A stretch of DNA of 64,000 bases from the human T2T-CHM13v2.0 reference genome, Homo sapiens. Location: NCBI RefSeq assembly GCF_009914755.1, contig NC_060927.1; one strand, written 5' to 3'. Below are positions 49,051 to 60,503 of the stretch, one piece after another; positions within the stretch are counted from its first letter, which is position 1, and each line of letters begins with the position of its first letter. The position numbers and the translations under genes are program-made. Under the pieces are notes generated by a model. The model was not told where the DNA came from and made no database searches. It saw only the letters and a list, made by a program, of their open reading frames with translations.

Positions 49051-49141
49051 TTATTTATCAAAAATCACTAACATTCTGTCTACTCCACACTTATCTTGCT
49101 CTCAGATTTTTTAAACCTGGGGACTCCAAGGATCAAAATCT
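49051..49141 (+). repeat. Copy B of the ~90-bp dispersed duplication
   Basis: Shares cattctgtctactccac and atcttgctctcagattttttaaacctggggactccaag with 46654-46746. Confidence 0.92.
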
Positions 49142-49188
49142 GTGTGTGTGTGTGTGTGTGTGTGTGTAGTGTGTGTGTGTATATATAT
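49141..49188. repeat. Interrupted (TG)n-(AT)n microsatellite
   Basis: Direct reading. Confidence 0.95.
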
Positions 49189-50159
49189 GAATATATTTGT
49201 GTGTACATAAACATATTCATTTAATCCTCTGCAATAAAAGACTTTAGGTAGTTGTAATGCTTTTAGTACTAAAATGAAATTGAATAATAATACACATTTA
49301 ACTTACTTGAATGACACCATATTTGAATAGGAAGAAACCTAAATAACCCACCCCTTACCCTATTTGACCATTTCTCCCTGAGCCCCTCAAACTAGACTTT
49401 AACCTCCAGTGAATCAGTAAAAGATGGGAAAAGAAAAAGAAGGAAAGAAAGAAACGGATGCTTTTGGGCTTCCAAGGGCCTAGTGCTCACAATTTAAAGA
49501 GGAGTTAAGGGTTTTCTTAAAGTGTAATTTTGACTGTGTTTAATCTTCAATTCTCAGCATGCCTACTGACTTTTAACTCTAAACCTGCATAGATTTTCCC
49601 TGCACCATCCATATTTTACATCAGATGAAGGAATGGATGAACAGGGATTAAGTAATCTTCCAAACATCATGGATCTCATGAGGGGCCAAAATTCAAACAC
49701 ATTTGCACCAAATGCTGACTCCACTGAATCCAAGGCATGATAGTTCAGTTCCTCGGGAACACAACAGGTGCTTGCTGTGAGCATTTCCTGAATGAGCAGT
49801 CACTTACACTCGACTATCTGGTGCATTATGTTTATAATTTTTAACAAAGATTTACCTTCTGGATTTGTGTTGGATCTGTCCAGTGTTAAAATGAGTTTAC
49901 AGCCCTAGGGGAGCTGGTGACTGATGACAGAAAGGCAGCCATCAGTGTCCTGTGCAAGAATGGAAAATCGGTTTGGGGTAACATTTTTCATTTGCCACTG
50001 GTAATCCACAAGGTAATTAATCTGCATATAGATAATTACCAGTTGATTCTGTTATACCTCTTTGAAATCAAGACTGTGTATTTGTAAGTAGAATGCCTAT
50101 AGGCCCTGTTCTGAGAACCACCCAAAGCCTCTCAGCCTTTAGCTAGCCTGAGATTGCTT

Positions 50160-50640
50160 AGTCTCATTTGCTTATAATCCTTCAATGGCTCCCCTCTGCT
50201 TTTAGGCTAAAGTCTAAAGTTTGTAACCTGGCCCATAAGGCCCTTTATTGTCTGTATCCTCCTATATCTCTTGCTTCACCTTTCACAGGTCCTCCTACCT
50301 CCCACTAGCTCTAACAAACTCATTTGATTTTCTCAAATAGGCCATGTTTCTGTTCACTCTAGATCTTGCCACATATTGTCGCTTATGCCTGAAATTCTAA
50401 TCCCCCACCATAAGACCCACCAGGCCTCAGCCCTCAGGCTCTGGACACCCATCCCTGTGCTCCATGCCTGAGCTGTGTGCCCCCTCACAGTGCCCTTCAT
50501 TCCCTGTTGTGATTGCTGGCTCTCTAGCATAGGCTCCTTGAGGGAAGGTGCAGTCTGTCTTCCCACCACACCCTGTCTCTTTACAGAGTGTCTGATTCCC
50601 AGGAGGAGCCTGATGGATATTGGCAAATAAATGAACCCAT
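50160..50640 (+). mobile_element. L2 3' portion
   Basis: aatccttcaatggctcccc...aaagtctaaag...ataggctccttgaggg. Confidence 0.7.
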
Positions 50641-51768
50641 CATCAAGCAATTAAACTTCAAATAACTTCATAGCCATTAGCACTTTTCCTTTCATTTTTA
50701 ATACCAGAAGTAATATATGAACATGTTCTCCTTGTTTAAGCAAAAAAGGAAGAAAAGAAACAGCAGATGAAGTTAAACTCCTCTCTGACTACCACCTTCA
50801 GTCCCAGGATCCTTCCCTAGATTTAGTATTATTTTTTGTAACATGTGTGTGTGTTGTGTGTGTGTGTCGTTTGTGGTGTGTTTGCATGTTTGTATTCATG
50901 TACCCACATATTACCCAAAGAAAATATGTGATATGATATGGAAATATCCAGGACTAGGCAGGGGTAGGGAAGCAATAAAAAGATCCTGAGAGTCCCTGGA
51001 CAATACCAGTGAGCACAGGTTGCATAGGGCATAATCCTTCCACCTGCCTATTGCTTGGCATGAGCTGTGGCAGGAGCTAGTCCTAAGGAAGCTGAGAACC
51101 CAGGCCTTCTCTGCTGATTCTTAGCAGAGTAAAGTGAGGAGCACATGGCCCACAGGCCTGGGAAGAGATACAGGCCCAGAGCTGCCCAAGAAGCAGAGCT
51201 GAATGCTGTGCTGAGGAGTAGCAATTGGTGGACAGGGTCCCCTCCTCTGTGCTACATTTAGGAGGATGCCTGGTTTTAGCCTCATTCATCTATTCTAGGT
51301 CTGACCGTGTGATGGGGAGAATGCAGGGCCCCTTGGTTAGCGAGGAGGTTAGCAAGATGGTGGAGTCTCACTTTTCTTTGCAGAAGGTCAACATGGCCTT
51401 GTGTATTGGCTTCAGTAAGATTGGGGCTCGAATCCAGCCCTGCTCTGTATCAGTGAGATACAGAGTTGTAAGCAACAGAAAAACACCCAAGCTGACTGAA
51501 GTAGAAGAGGATTTGCTGGAGGGATATGAGAGCAGAGGGAGCTTACAGGCCTTGTAGGAGGTTGAACACTTAGGTTTAATTTCTATCCTTGAGCTAATCC
51601 ATTCAATATTCAGTGATCAGAAAAGTTTAATTGGCCCAGCAGCTTAGTTTATAGTTCTAAAGTAAAATAAAGAGCAATGAGTACAAGGTATCCCCAAGTC
51701 AACTCTACTAGATTTGTCTTAGATAGGGTTATCCAAGCCTCAACTTCCTTATCTATAAAAAAAAAATA

Positions 51769-52126
<358 letters not shown>

Positions 52127-53564
52127 TCAGTATTCTTCAGCTTCAAAATGTCCCAGGGACTAGAGCCAGAGTGTGCATCATCTCCAAGTAACCTGGTCAC
52201 ACTAACTCCCTTTCCCAACATCTTTCTAACACATCTTCACTACTTGCAGACTTTCAGTAAAGAATCCCCTAATTATTTAAATAGCATCTCCAAGGATTGC
52301 TTCTAGAGATCTAGGGGAAATTCCCACACCAAGTCATTGCTCATGTGGCAGACAGCTTTGAGAACAGGGAAAATACAGCATAGGGGAAGAAATTCAGTAA
52401 CGGCATAATTTAATGAAAGCAATCTTTCTTTGACTGTCTGAAACCTTATCTGTTTTCTTACACTTTGGAAAAGCGTAGGTGCCATATATTTTTGAAGTCT
52501 TTATACAACATAATAAATTTAGACTATTATATGCACGTTAATCATAATGCATCAAATTTTTATCAAGCAACCAAAATAACTAACACTTATGGATTCTGCA
52601 TTATAATGTAAATCTAGGGCAAGGGGATGAATATTTTAGTAACTGCACTTCTTGCAAGGAGAGAACTTGATCCCCTGGTAGAAATAGGAGGTGGGAAGAT
52701 TCTCTTTTCTGCCTTTACTCTGATGTATGACTGGTAGGTTTTACAATAGGAAAAGCCTGTGGCTTTGCCGTCTTTCTCTCCTCTTCATCTTCTTGCCTTG
52801 ACTTTTTTTCTTACTCTTCTCTTGGCCCCTTTTCCCTCATACACTTTCTCCCTCTCTTCCTCTTCAATCCTTCTCTCCTCCCATTTCCCCTTACTTGTGT
52901 TTTATATGGCAATACCCACCTATCCCTGGGCCTAATGGGATATGGCAGGCTCATTCTTTGGAATAAAACAGTTTCTTTGGTAAAACATAAAGAGCACATA
53001 GAACAAAAGGCAGATAACTCGTTCACAAACACACTTTAACTGTAGCAATTTATCTGTCCTTTTTTCCCATGATAGTTGTTTCTGTGCAGAAGTTTTGGAG
53101 AAAGAACCATTGGATAGGGGGTTGGAAATGAATGAGAATTCCTGCTTGGCTTTTGACTAGCTATGTAATCTTGGAGAAACCTGAGACTCCTTGCTTATTT
53201 AAGAATTTAGCACAATGCCAGGCATACAGTAAACATTCAGTAGGTGGAGAGAGTCAGTAGAGTATAGCAATAGTGGAGAGAGTCAGTAGAGCATAGCAAT
53301 AATCATGCACAAGTAACTTACCCTCCCTGTGTTTCAGCTTCCTTATCTTTAAAAATCACAGTAATAGTGCCACCTTTCAAACCGCATTGTTATAAGGATT
53401 AAATGTGTTAACTCATATAAAATGCTTAAAACAGTGCTTGACATATGGTGAGTACACAATATGTATTATCTAATATAAAGTAGGTGTATTAGTTTGGGTT
53501 TTGTTAAGAAAGTGGAAACACTAGGTATTTCAAACAAAAAGTGATCTCACAGAGGGAATTAGAG

Positions 53565-53898
53565 CAGGGGTCCCCAACCCCTGGGGCCTCGGGCCATTAC
53601 TGGTCCATGGCCTGTTAGGAACTGCACGGGACAGCAGGAGGTGAGCAGGGGGTGGGTGAGCATTATCGCCTGAGCGCCACTTCCTGCCAGATCAGCATTA
53701 GATTCTCATAGGCGCATGAACCCTATTGTGAACCGTGCATGTGAGGGATCTAGGCTGTAAGCTCCTTATGAGAATCTAATGCCTGATGATCTGAGGTGGA
53801 ACTGTTTCATCCCGAAACAACCCGCCTCCCACCCCCATCCATGGAAAAATTATCTTCCGTGAAACCGGTCCCTAGTGCCCAAAACATTGGCGACCACG
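53565..53898 (+). mobile_element. MER1B hAT-Charlie element with perfect 8-bp TSD AATTAGAG
   Basis: caggggtccccaacccc...gattctcatagg...gagaatctaatgcctgatgatctgaggtggaac; TSD at 53557-53564 and 53899-53906. Confidence 0.92.
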
Positions 53899-54489
53899 AA
53901 TTAGAGGATACAAGATCTTTAGAGAAGCAGAAGGGATGAAGGAAAGGAAAAGCCACCACTAGTTCAGGAGGTGAGGAAGTACAGCACTAACGTGGGGGCT
54001 TCTCAGGAGGATGCCCAAATGTCACTGGCCTCATTCCACTGTCTACCCTCTGCTGGAGGGCAGAGGAATTGCTTCCCACTACTGCTTCTGGAGCAATGAG
54101 TGCTCTGCTTCTCCTCCCCTTTAAGCTTTTCCACGTGTGCCTCTTTGCTGTGACTCTTACAAAAATTAAAAAACCAGACCTCTCAGTTGCTAATTAGAAT
54201 GCTAGGAAATTTGGTTCTTGGGTGTTGAGACCCTGTGATTTAAGGGAAAGCATAGAGAAGAGAAAATGGTGCCTGGTTGTCCAAAATCAGACAGAAGGGA
54301 AATAATACTAGGAGCTGATGTGAAGATTATATGAGATGTAAAGTGCAAAAGCATTTTGTAAACTTCCAAGTTTTGTACAGATATTAGGTTTTGGTGGTAA
54401 TGGATGTGAAATAGGAAGAATATACTCAGACAAGACCAGGCAGAAAAACCTGGGAAACTACAGTGAAAGGAGGTCCCACAGATAATCTG

Positions 54490-54720
54490 ACATATTTAAT
54501 TGACCATATGCCAGGCTCTGTTATAAATGCCTTACATATACTAACTCGTAGTCCTTATAAAAACCCATGCAGTAGACATGGTTACTATACCCATTTTACA
54601 GATGAGAGAACAGTGGTCCAGAGAAGTGAAGTAACTTAACCAAGATCACGCTGCTGAAATGATCAGGGTACAATCTGAATCCCAGTGATGTGACTCCAGG
54701 GTGCAGTTTTTTTAACTCCC
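54490..54720 (-). mobile_element. MIR
   Basis: cccattttacagatgagagaacagtggtccagagaagtgaagtaactt. Confidence 0.8.
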
Positions 54721-56700
54721 ACATTCTTGTGGAAGGAGAGGATACACACGCCCAAATCTTCTGACTTTACAGTTTCCCTAGGAGTTTGCTCTGGCTGTAG
54801 CTGAGGGTCGGTTACATCTACCAGTGTAGTTTCACATCCTTAGAGAACAGTTTATTTTTAAAAGCACAGGTTATTATTTCACTCTTCTAGAAGCAATTTT
54901 GTGCCAAAGTTGGGGATGTTTTCTCCTACCAAGAAGAATTTGACAAGGTAACTAAGCACCTATGGTCCTGAATGGCTGCCCAAGGAGCTGTAACCTGTAA
55001 CCTGCCCCCAAGAACTAGCTTTTCTTGTAGAATTTATCTTCATTCAACCCACAATGAACCTGCTCCATGGTTTTCCGAGATCCAGGAAAAACTGGTTATC
55101 ATTCAACATCACCACATAAAAAAGTTTTGTTAATTACTGTGTTCATGACAAAAATAGGAAAATGTATTAAGCAAAATAATCCTTGTTTAATATGATGATT
55201 ACGATAGTCTCTGTACCTTTTTAAGATCTGGAGGAAATAGAAATGGTTGCTGTCTTGAGAAAGGGTTGACGTCCTAGGATTTGTGGCATATATGACACAT
55301 TTCTTCTAATAACCTTCCCTTCCCTTTGGTTTTCTCCCAGTCAGCTGCTTCTAGAGCAAAGGGGGACATATTTGCCTTAGAAAACCAGAACACTATTGTT
55401 GGGCAAGAAAATGAAACTATTCAAAAAATGCCAGGTGCAGAGGAAGCATGGAAGTTATGAGTTTAAATTTTAAAGGTTCTCTACAGCAGAAAAGAAGGAA
55501 GAAACCAAACCTAATTTCCTTCAGCTCAGAAGCACATTAGCAATTCATGTGGCCCTGAAATGAACTGTATCCCCACTCAAAACCTTAATTTGATGACTCA
55601 ATATACATGAACTGATCCATTTATGAGCAGCAGGATGACCAGGCATAGGACCCTGTGGTCCTTTTCTAAGAATTTATCAAAAGGATGGAACTCAGGAAGT
55701 AAAACAAAACTGAATGTTGATGAGAAAATGTAATGGCTATCATTTTTTCAAACATAATATTTTATATTATTAAGCTCCTGTCAGCAGAAATTTCCCAATT
55801 CTTGTAAGAAAATGATTAGCTTGATTCGCTGAGAGATTCTGGTATTTAGAAATAAAACTCTCCCGAGCCACTGCATTTGCTTTTGTTTTGCTTGTATTAA
55901 TCTCTCTGCTATGCAAGTAAAGATGCAACCTTACCTATCCCTTAGTTGCAAAGCTGTTCGGGATCTTGGGTGGTGTTTCTGCCATAATCCAGGCACTAAA
56001 AAGCTTTTGCTCACTTATTATTATCCTTACTTCTTGAGCTGAAAAGATCCATCCCAGGACAAAGCAGGAAGTGAAAGAAAGTGAGATAGCAGGTTGTCAT
56101 TAGAAGCAGCACCCAGTCAATCATGGCTTTATTGGAATGTTGTGACCCCCTGTTGTTAGATAGTCTGATTTTCAAGAGGAACCTAAGTAGATACATTAAA
56201 AAAAACCTTCCTGATTTTTACATATCAGCAACTAGTTCAAATTTTTAAAAATACTGAGTACGTCAAGCAAGCATAGCTTTGGACCAATTAAGCTCTCAGG
56301 AACTTTCTCCTCAAGAAGCTTTCAAGATAGATGGCAGCTTTATAAAATAACTAAAGCCCCATGAAACCTGGAGCGAAGTTAGTGTTTGGGACACAATTTG
56401 TTGAGGGAAATGATGACTTGGATTTGTTTCTAATAACAGAGTATGTGGAATCCCCCAGGGGGACAAGAATATAGAAGCAGCTTTCACAAATGTGGTCATG
56501 TGAGGCAGGATTAAAAAGTGGTAGACAGACAGCAGAGGGGAACGTAACCTGAATGGAGAGGAATCTCCAAATGGTGGTGTCTGATTCATACACGAGGTTG
56601 TTATAGGTGTCACGTGAAGCTGTTTTGTTTTGTTTTTAATAATTGGGAATTTAATGCAACTAGGGCATCAACTCCATCCACGCCCTGGTCCATTTGGGAG

Positions 56701-56780
56701 CATTCCTGCAGTTCATGTATCATGTATCCAAACAAAAGGCTCGAACTGCAGGAATACATGATACATGAACTGCAGGAATG
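56701..56780. repeat. Perfect 27-bp inverted repeat with 26-nt spacer
   Basis: cattcctgcagttcatgtatcatgtat (56701-56727) is the exact reverse complement of atacatgatacatgaactgcaggaatg (56754-56780). Confidence 0.97.
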
Positions 56781-57469
56781 TTGGAGACATGTGTGCCTGC
56801 TGCATTTATTTCTAAAGAGTGAGGTGCATAGCCTTCCATAAAGAGTAGGGAAGAGGGTGCAGAGGGCCTCACATGTGCAGCCAAGGACTTTAAAGTTTCT
56901 CATCTTATCAAAGACCTTCTCTGACCTGCCTTCCCTGAGAGCAGGCAGGGAACCTCTGGGCTCACACATTAGTTGCGCGTGAGTGAGTTTTAATTAAAGC
57001 CCAGGGCTTTAAAAGCTCCAGATTTCCCGCAGGTAACCTTTCAAACCACAGTTCCTTAAATCGGAGAATTCAAAGCTCCTTAAGAAAACAAGATGGCATT
57101 TTATCTGGGAGCGATCTTGTTTCCGGAGTTCTTTTCTTCTTGATGTATTTTTAATGTTTTGTGGTTGCTGCTCGTCATTCGGAGCGAGTGTATCTTGCTG
57201 TCCTAGAGACTGGTAAATACAGTGGGAGGCCTCCTCTCCACTGCCACCCTCCCTCAGTGATTGCGCCCAGCCCTTCCAGGCAGCGCTGCAGATTCAGCTG
57301 TGGAATTGGAGACAGCAGGGCCTCCTGCATAACCACTTAGCAAGGTAAGTCCCCAAGAAGGCAATTCCTTAGACGCTTTGCTTCTTTCAAGCATTTTGTT
57401 TGGTGTTGGCACCTCTCTGTGGATGTGCTATGTAAAATAGTGGGGCACAGCATCATCGCTATCATACCT

Positions 57470-57720
57470 ACCTCTTACTCAGTAAGAGAGGCCTTACTGA
57501 GTACTCTCTCTTTTCTGTACTGTTTGAAGAGCTTTGGGCATATTTCCTCATTCCATATCACTTCAACCCCAGGAGGAATATCCCCATTTTACAGACGGAG
57601 AAATGGAAGAAGAACTGGCTTAGGTTATATTGTCAACAACCATAAATGGCAGAGCCTGGGTTCAAATCTAGACAGGCTCTGGATGCTGTACTCTGAACTG
57701 CTATGCTATACTGCCTCTAC
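57470..57720 (-). mobile_element. MIR
   Basis: tccccattttacagacggagaaatgga...aaatggcagagcctgggttcaaatc. Confidence 0.75.
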
Positions 57721-58802
57721 TGCTTTTCCTGCAGTCAGCAAAATAACGTCTCAATGAAAACAATCAAATGCTTTCAGTCTCAGCACTAGTGCAAATTGGG
57801 CTGTCATAGATTGGAGGACTTCTCAAGGTCTTCAGTCTTTTCTGCTCACAGTGCCTCCTGGTGGAGATCATCCACCTTCCAATGCCATGGCATAATGATC
57901 TCAATCCTATATATGTCAGTACTGTGATGTATTTGGTCACTAGCCTGTAATGCTGGTGGGGGCAGAGAGTGCAAGTTCCAAGGATAATAGAATTGTGGGC
58001 ATTAGCAGGACCATTATTTGGAATTTGGCCTGTCGTCTTCCTTCCTGAGCCCCATGGTTAGTTTATAGTTTCCACTTTCAGTCTTAAGTTGGTCTAGATG
58101 CCTTTAGCTTCAGAACCAGGCATCCTTGCCTGGGCAGCATAGCAAGCACATCCACCATGTCTGTTATTATTACCTGAATAACTCATGAAGGAGATTCTGG
58201 ATGCTTTCAGAGGCACATTTGCCAAGAGACATTTCCATTCAATCAGTAGAAATATCTTCAAATTCTAAAGATAACGTGAGTGGATTGGCACCTGCTTCCA
58301 TGATGCTTTCTATCTAATTAAAAGTCCAAAAGCAAACATCCATGAACTTAGTGAAGAGAAAGAACAGAACAAGACTGAATATCATTTTGTGCTGATTTGT
58401 GATGGGGACAGGGCAGTTTTCATGCAGAGAAGGAAAGGAGAGTGAAACTCATAGATGCCTCTATGTGCCCGGGACTGTGTTCCCAGTGCTTTTGCCTACA
58501 CTGTGTCCTGGGCTTCTCAGTTAGGTGGTGAGTTAAACATTGTTATCTGTATTAATATATACTGCAACTGGAGCCCTGACTTCCATGGACCACCCACCAT
58601 TGTCAGGCTCAGCCGACAGGCTGGAGACTCATAGACAAGGTCTAGGCAGAAACATTCTGCTGCTGAAATAGCAGAATAATATTCTGGTTATTATTTTTTA
58701 GTCACTGTACAGTCAGCCAGGAGCAAAGCTCAGGGGACCCTGGTAGAGAGGGCATTTTCCCCAGTATAGACACAGCAACCCATTGCAGGGGTATCAGTGA
58801 GA

Positions 58803-59098
58803 CAGGTCAACAATCTTTTATCCAAATTTCATAAAACTCTGAAAACAGAAAGTGTTTTTCTAAGTTTAATGCCAAAACTCATTTGGTAAAAAAATTATTT
58901 ATCTTACTTAATGTGAACGTGTCTATGTTTAGATGTGGAAATAATATTTTTGATTATGGGGTGTTGCCCTCAACTTTGCAGAGGGTGCTACATAATATAA
59001 ATTACACACACCGTATTACATTTTTAAATTCTAAAAAAAAAAGTGACTTGTGGAACATATCTGGCTACAATGACTTTGGATAATGAAATGTAGACCAG
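58803..59098 (+). mobile_element. MER46C-like TcMar-Tigger MITE
   Basis: caggtcaacaatcttttatcc...ctctgaaaac...gccaaaactcatttgg...tttgattatggggtgttgccc...ggataatgaaatgtagacc. Confidence 0.8.
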
Positions 59099-59135
59099 GA
59101 ATAGCAATAGTGGCAGTTAACACTTCTATACCAGG

Positions 59136-60503
59136 AAACAAACAACAAAGTGAAGAGAGCCCACAGAATGGGAGAAAATTATTTGCAAACTATCTATCTG
59201 ACAAGGGGATTAATAACCAGAATATATAAGGAGCTCAAATGACTCTATCGAAACAAATGTAGTAATCTGACTTAAAAATGGGCAAAAAATATGAATAGAC
59301 ATTTCTCAAAAGAAGACACATAAATGGTAAACAGGTATGTGAAAAGGTGCTCAACATCATTGATCATCAGAGAAATGCAAATCAAAACTACAATGAGGTA
59401 GCATCTCACTCCAGTTAAAATGACTTATATCCAAAAGCCAAGCAAGGATGTGGAGAAAAGGGAATCCTTATACACTATTGGTGGGAAAGTAAATTAGTAC
59501 AAGTACTATGGCAAACAGTTTGGAGGTTCCTCCAAAAATTAAAAATAGAGCTACCATATGATACAGCAGTCCAACTACTGGATATATTCCCCAAAGATAG
59601 GAAATCAGTATATCAGAGAGATGTCTGTTTTGCCATATTTATTGTGGTGCTATTCACAATAGCCAAGATTTGGAAGCAACCTAGATGTCCACCGAGAGAT
59701 GAATGGATGAAGAAAATGTGGCACATATACAAAACGGGGTGCTGGTCAGCCATAAAACGAATGAGATCCTGCCATTTGCAATAACATGGATGGAACTGGA
59801 GGTCATTATGTTAAATGAAACAAGCTAGGCAGAGAAAGACAAACATTGCATGTTCTCACTTATTAGTAAGAGCTAAAAATTAAAAGAACTCATGGACATA
59901 GAGAGTAGAAGAATGGTTACAAGCGGCTGGGAAGGGTAGTGAGGGATGGGGGTGGAAGGGAGGTGGGGATAGTTAATTCGTACAAAAAGAAAAACTTAGA
60001 AAGAATCAATAAGGCCTAGTATTTGATAGCACAACAGGGTGAGTATAGTCAATAATTTAATTGTATATTTTAAAATAACTGAAAAAAATATAATTGGATT
60101 GTTACACAAAGGATAAATGCTTGAGGAATTGACATCCCATTTTCCATGATGTGATTATTATGCATTGCATGCTTATATCAAAACATCTCATGAAACCTGT
60201 AAATATATATACCTACTATGTACCCACAAAAATTAAAAATGAAAAACTTTTTAAAAGAATGAATAGAACCTAGTATTTGCTAACACAGCAGGGTGACTAT
60301 GTCCAAAATAATTTAATTATACATCTTAAAGTAACTAAAATTATAATTGGATTGTTTGTAACACAAAGGATATCCCACTACCCTGATGTGATTATTACAC
60401 ATTATATGCCTGTATCAAAATATGTCATGTGACCTGTAAATATAGACACCTACTACACACCCATAGAAATTGAAAATTAAAATTTTAAGAAAAAAAAAAA
60501 AAA
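59136..60503 (+). mobile_element. 5'-truncated L1MA (L1MA2/3-like) with tandemly doubled 3' end, inserted in a MIR; 17-bp TSD
   Basis: ORF2 C-terminal DNA (cagaatgggagaaaa...gaaatgcaaatcaaaactacaatgag) and 3' UTR; TSD aacacttctataccagg (59119-59135) / aacactgctatgccagg (60504-60520). Confidence 0.9.

Noticed and set aside
59926-59968. G-quadruplex-like G-runs
   Set aside because: Ordinary G-rich tract of the L1 3' UTR
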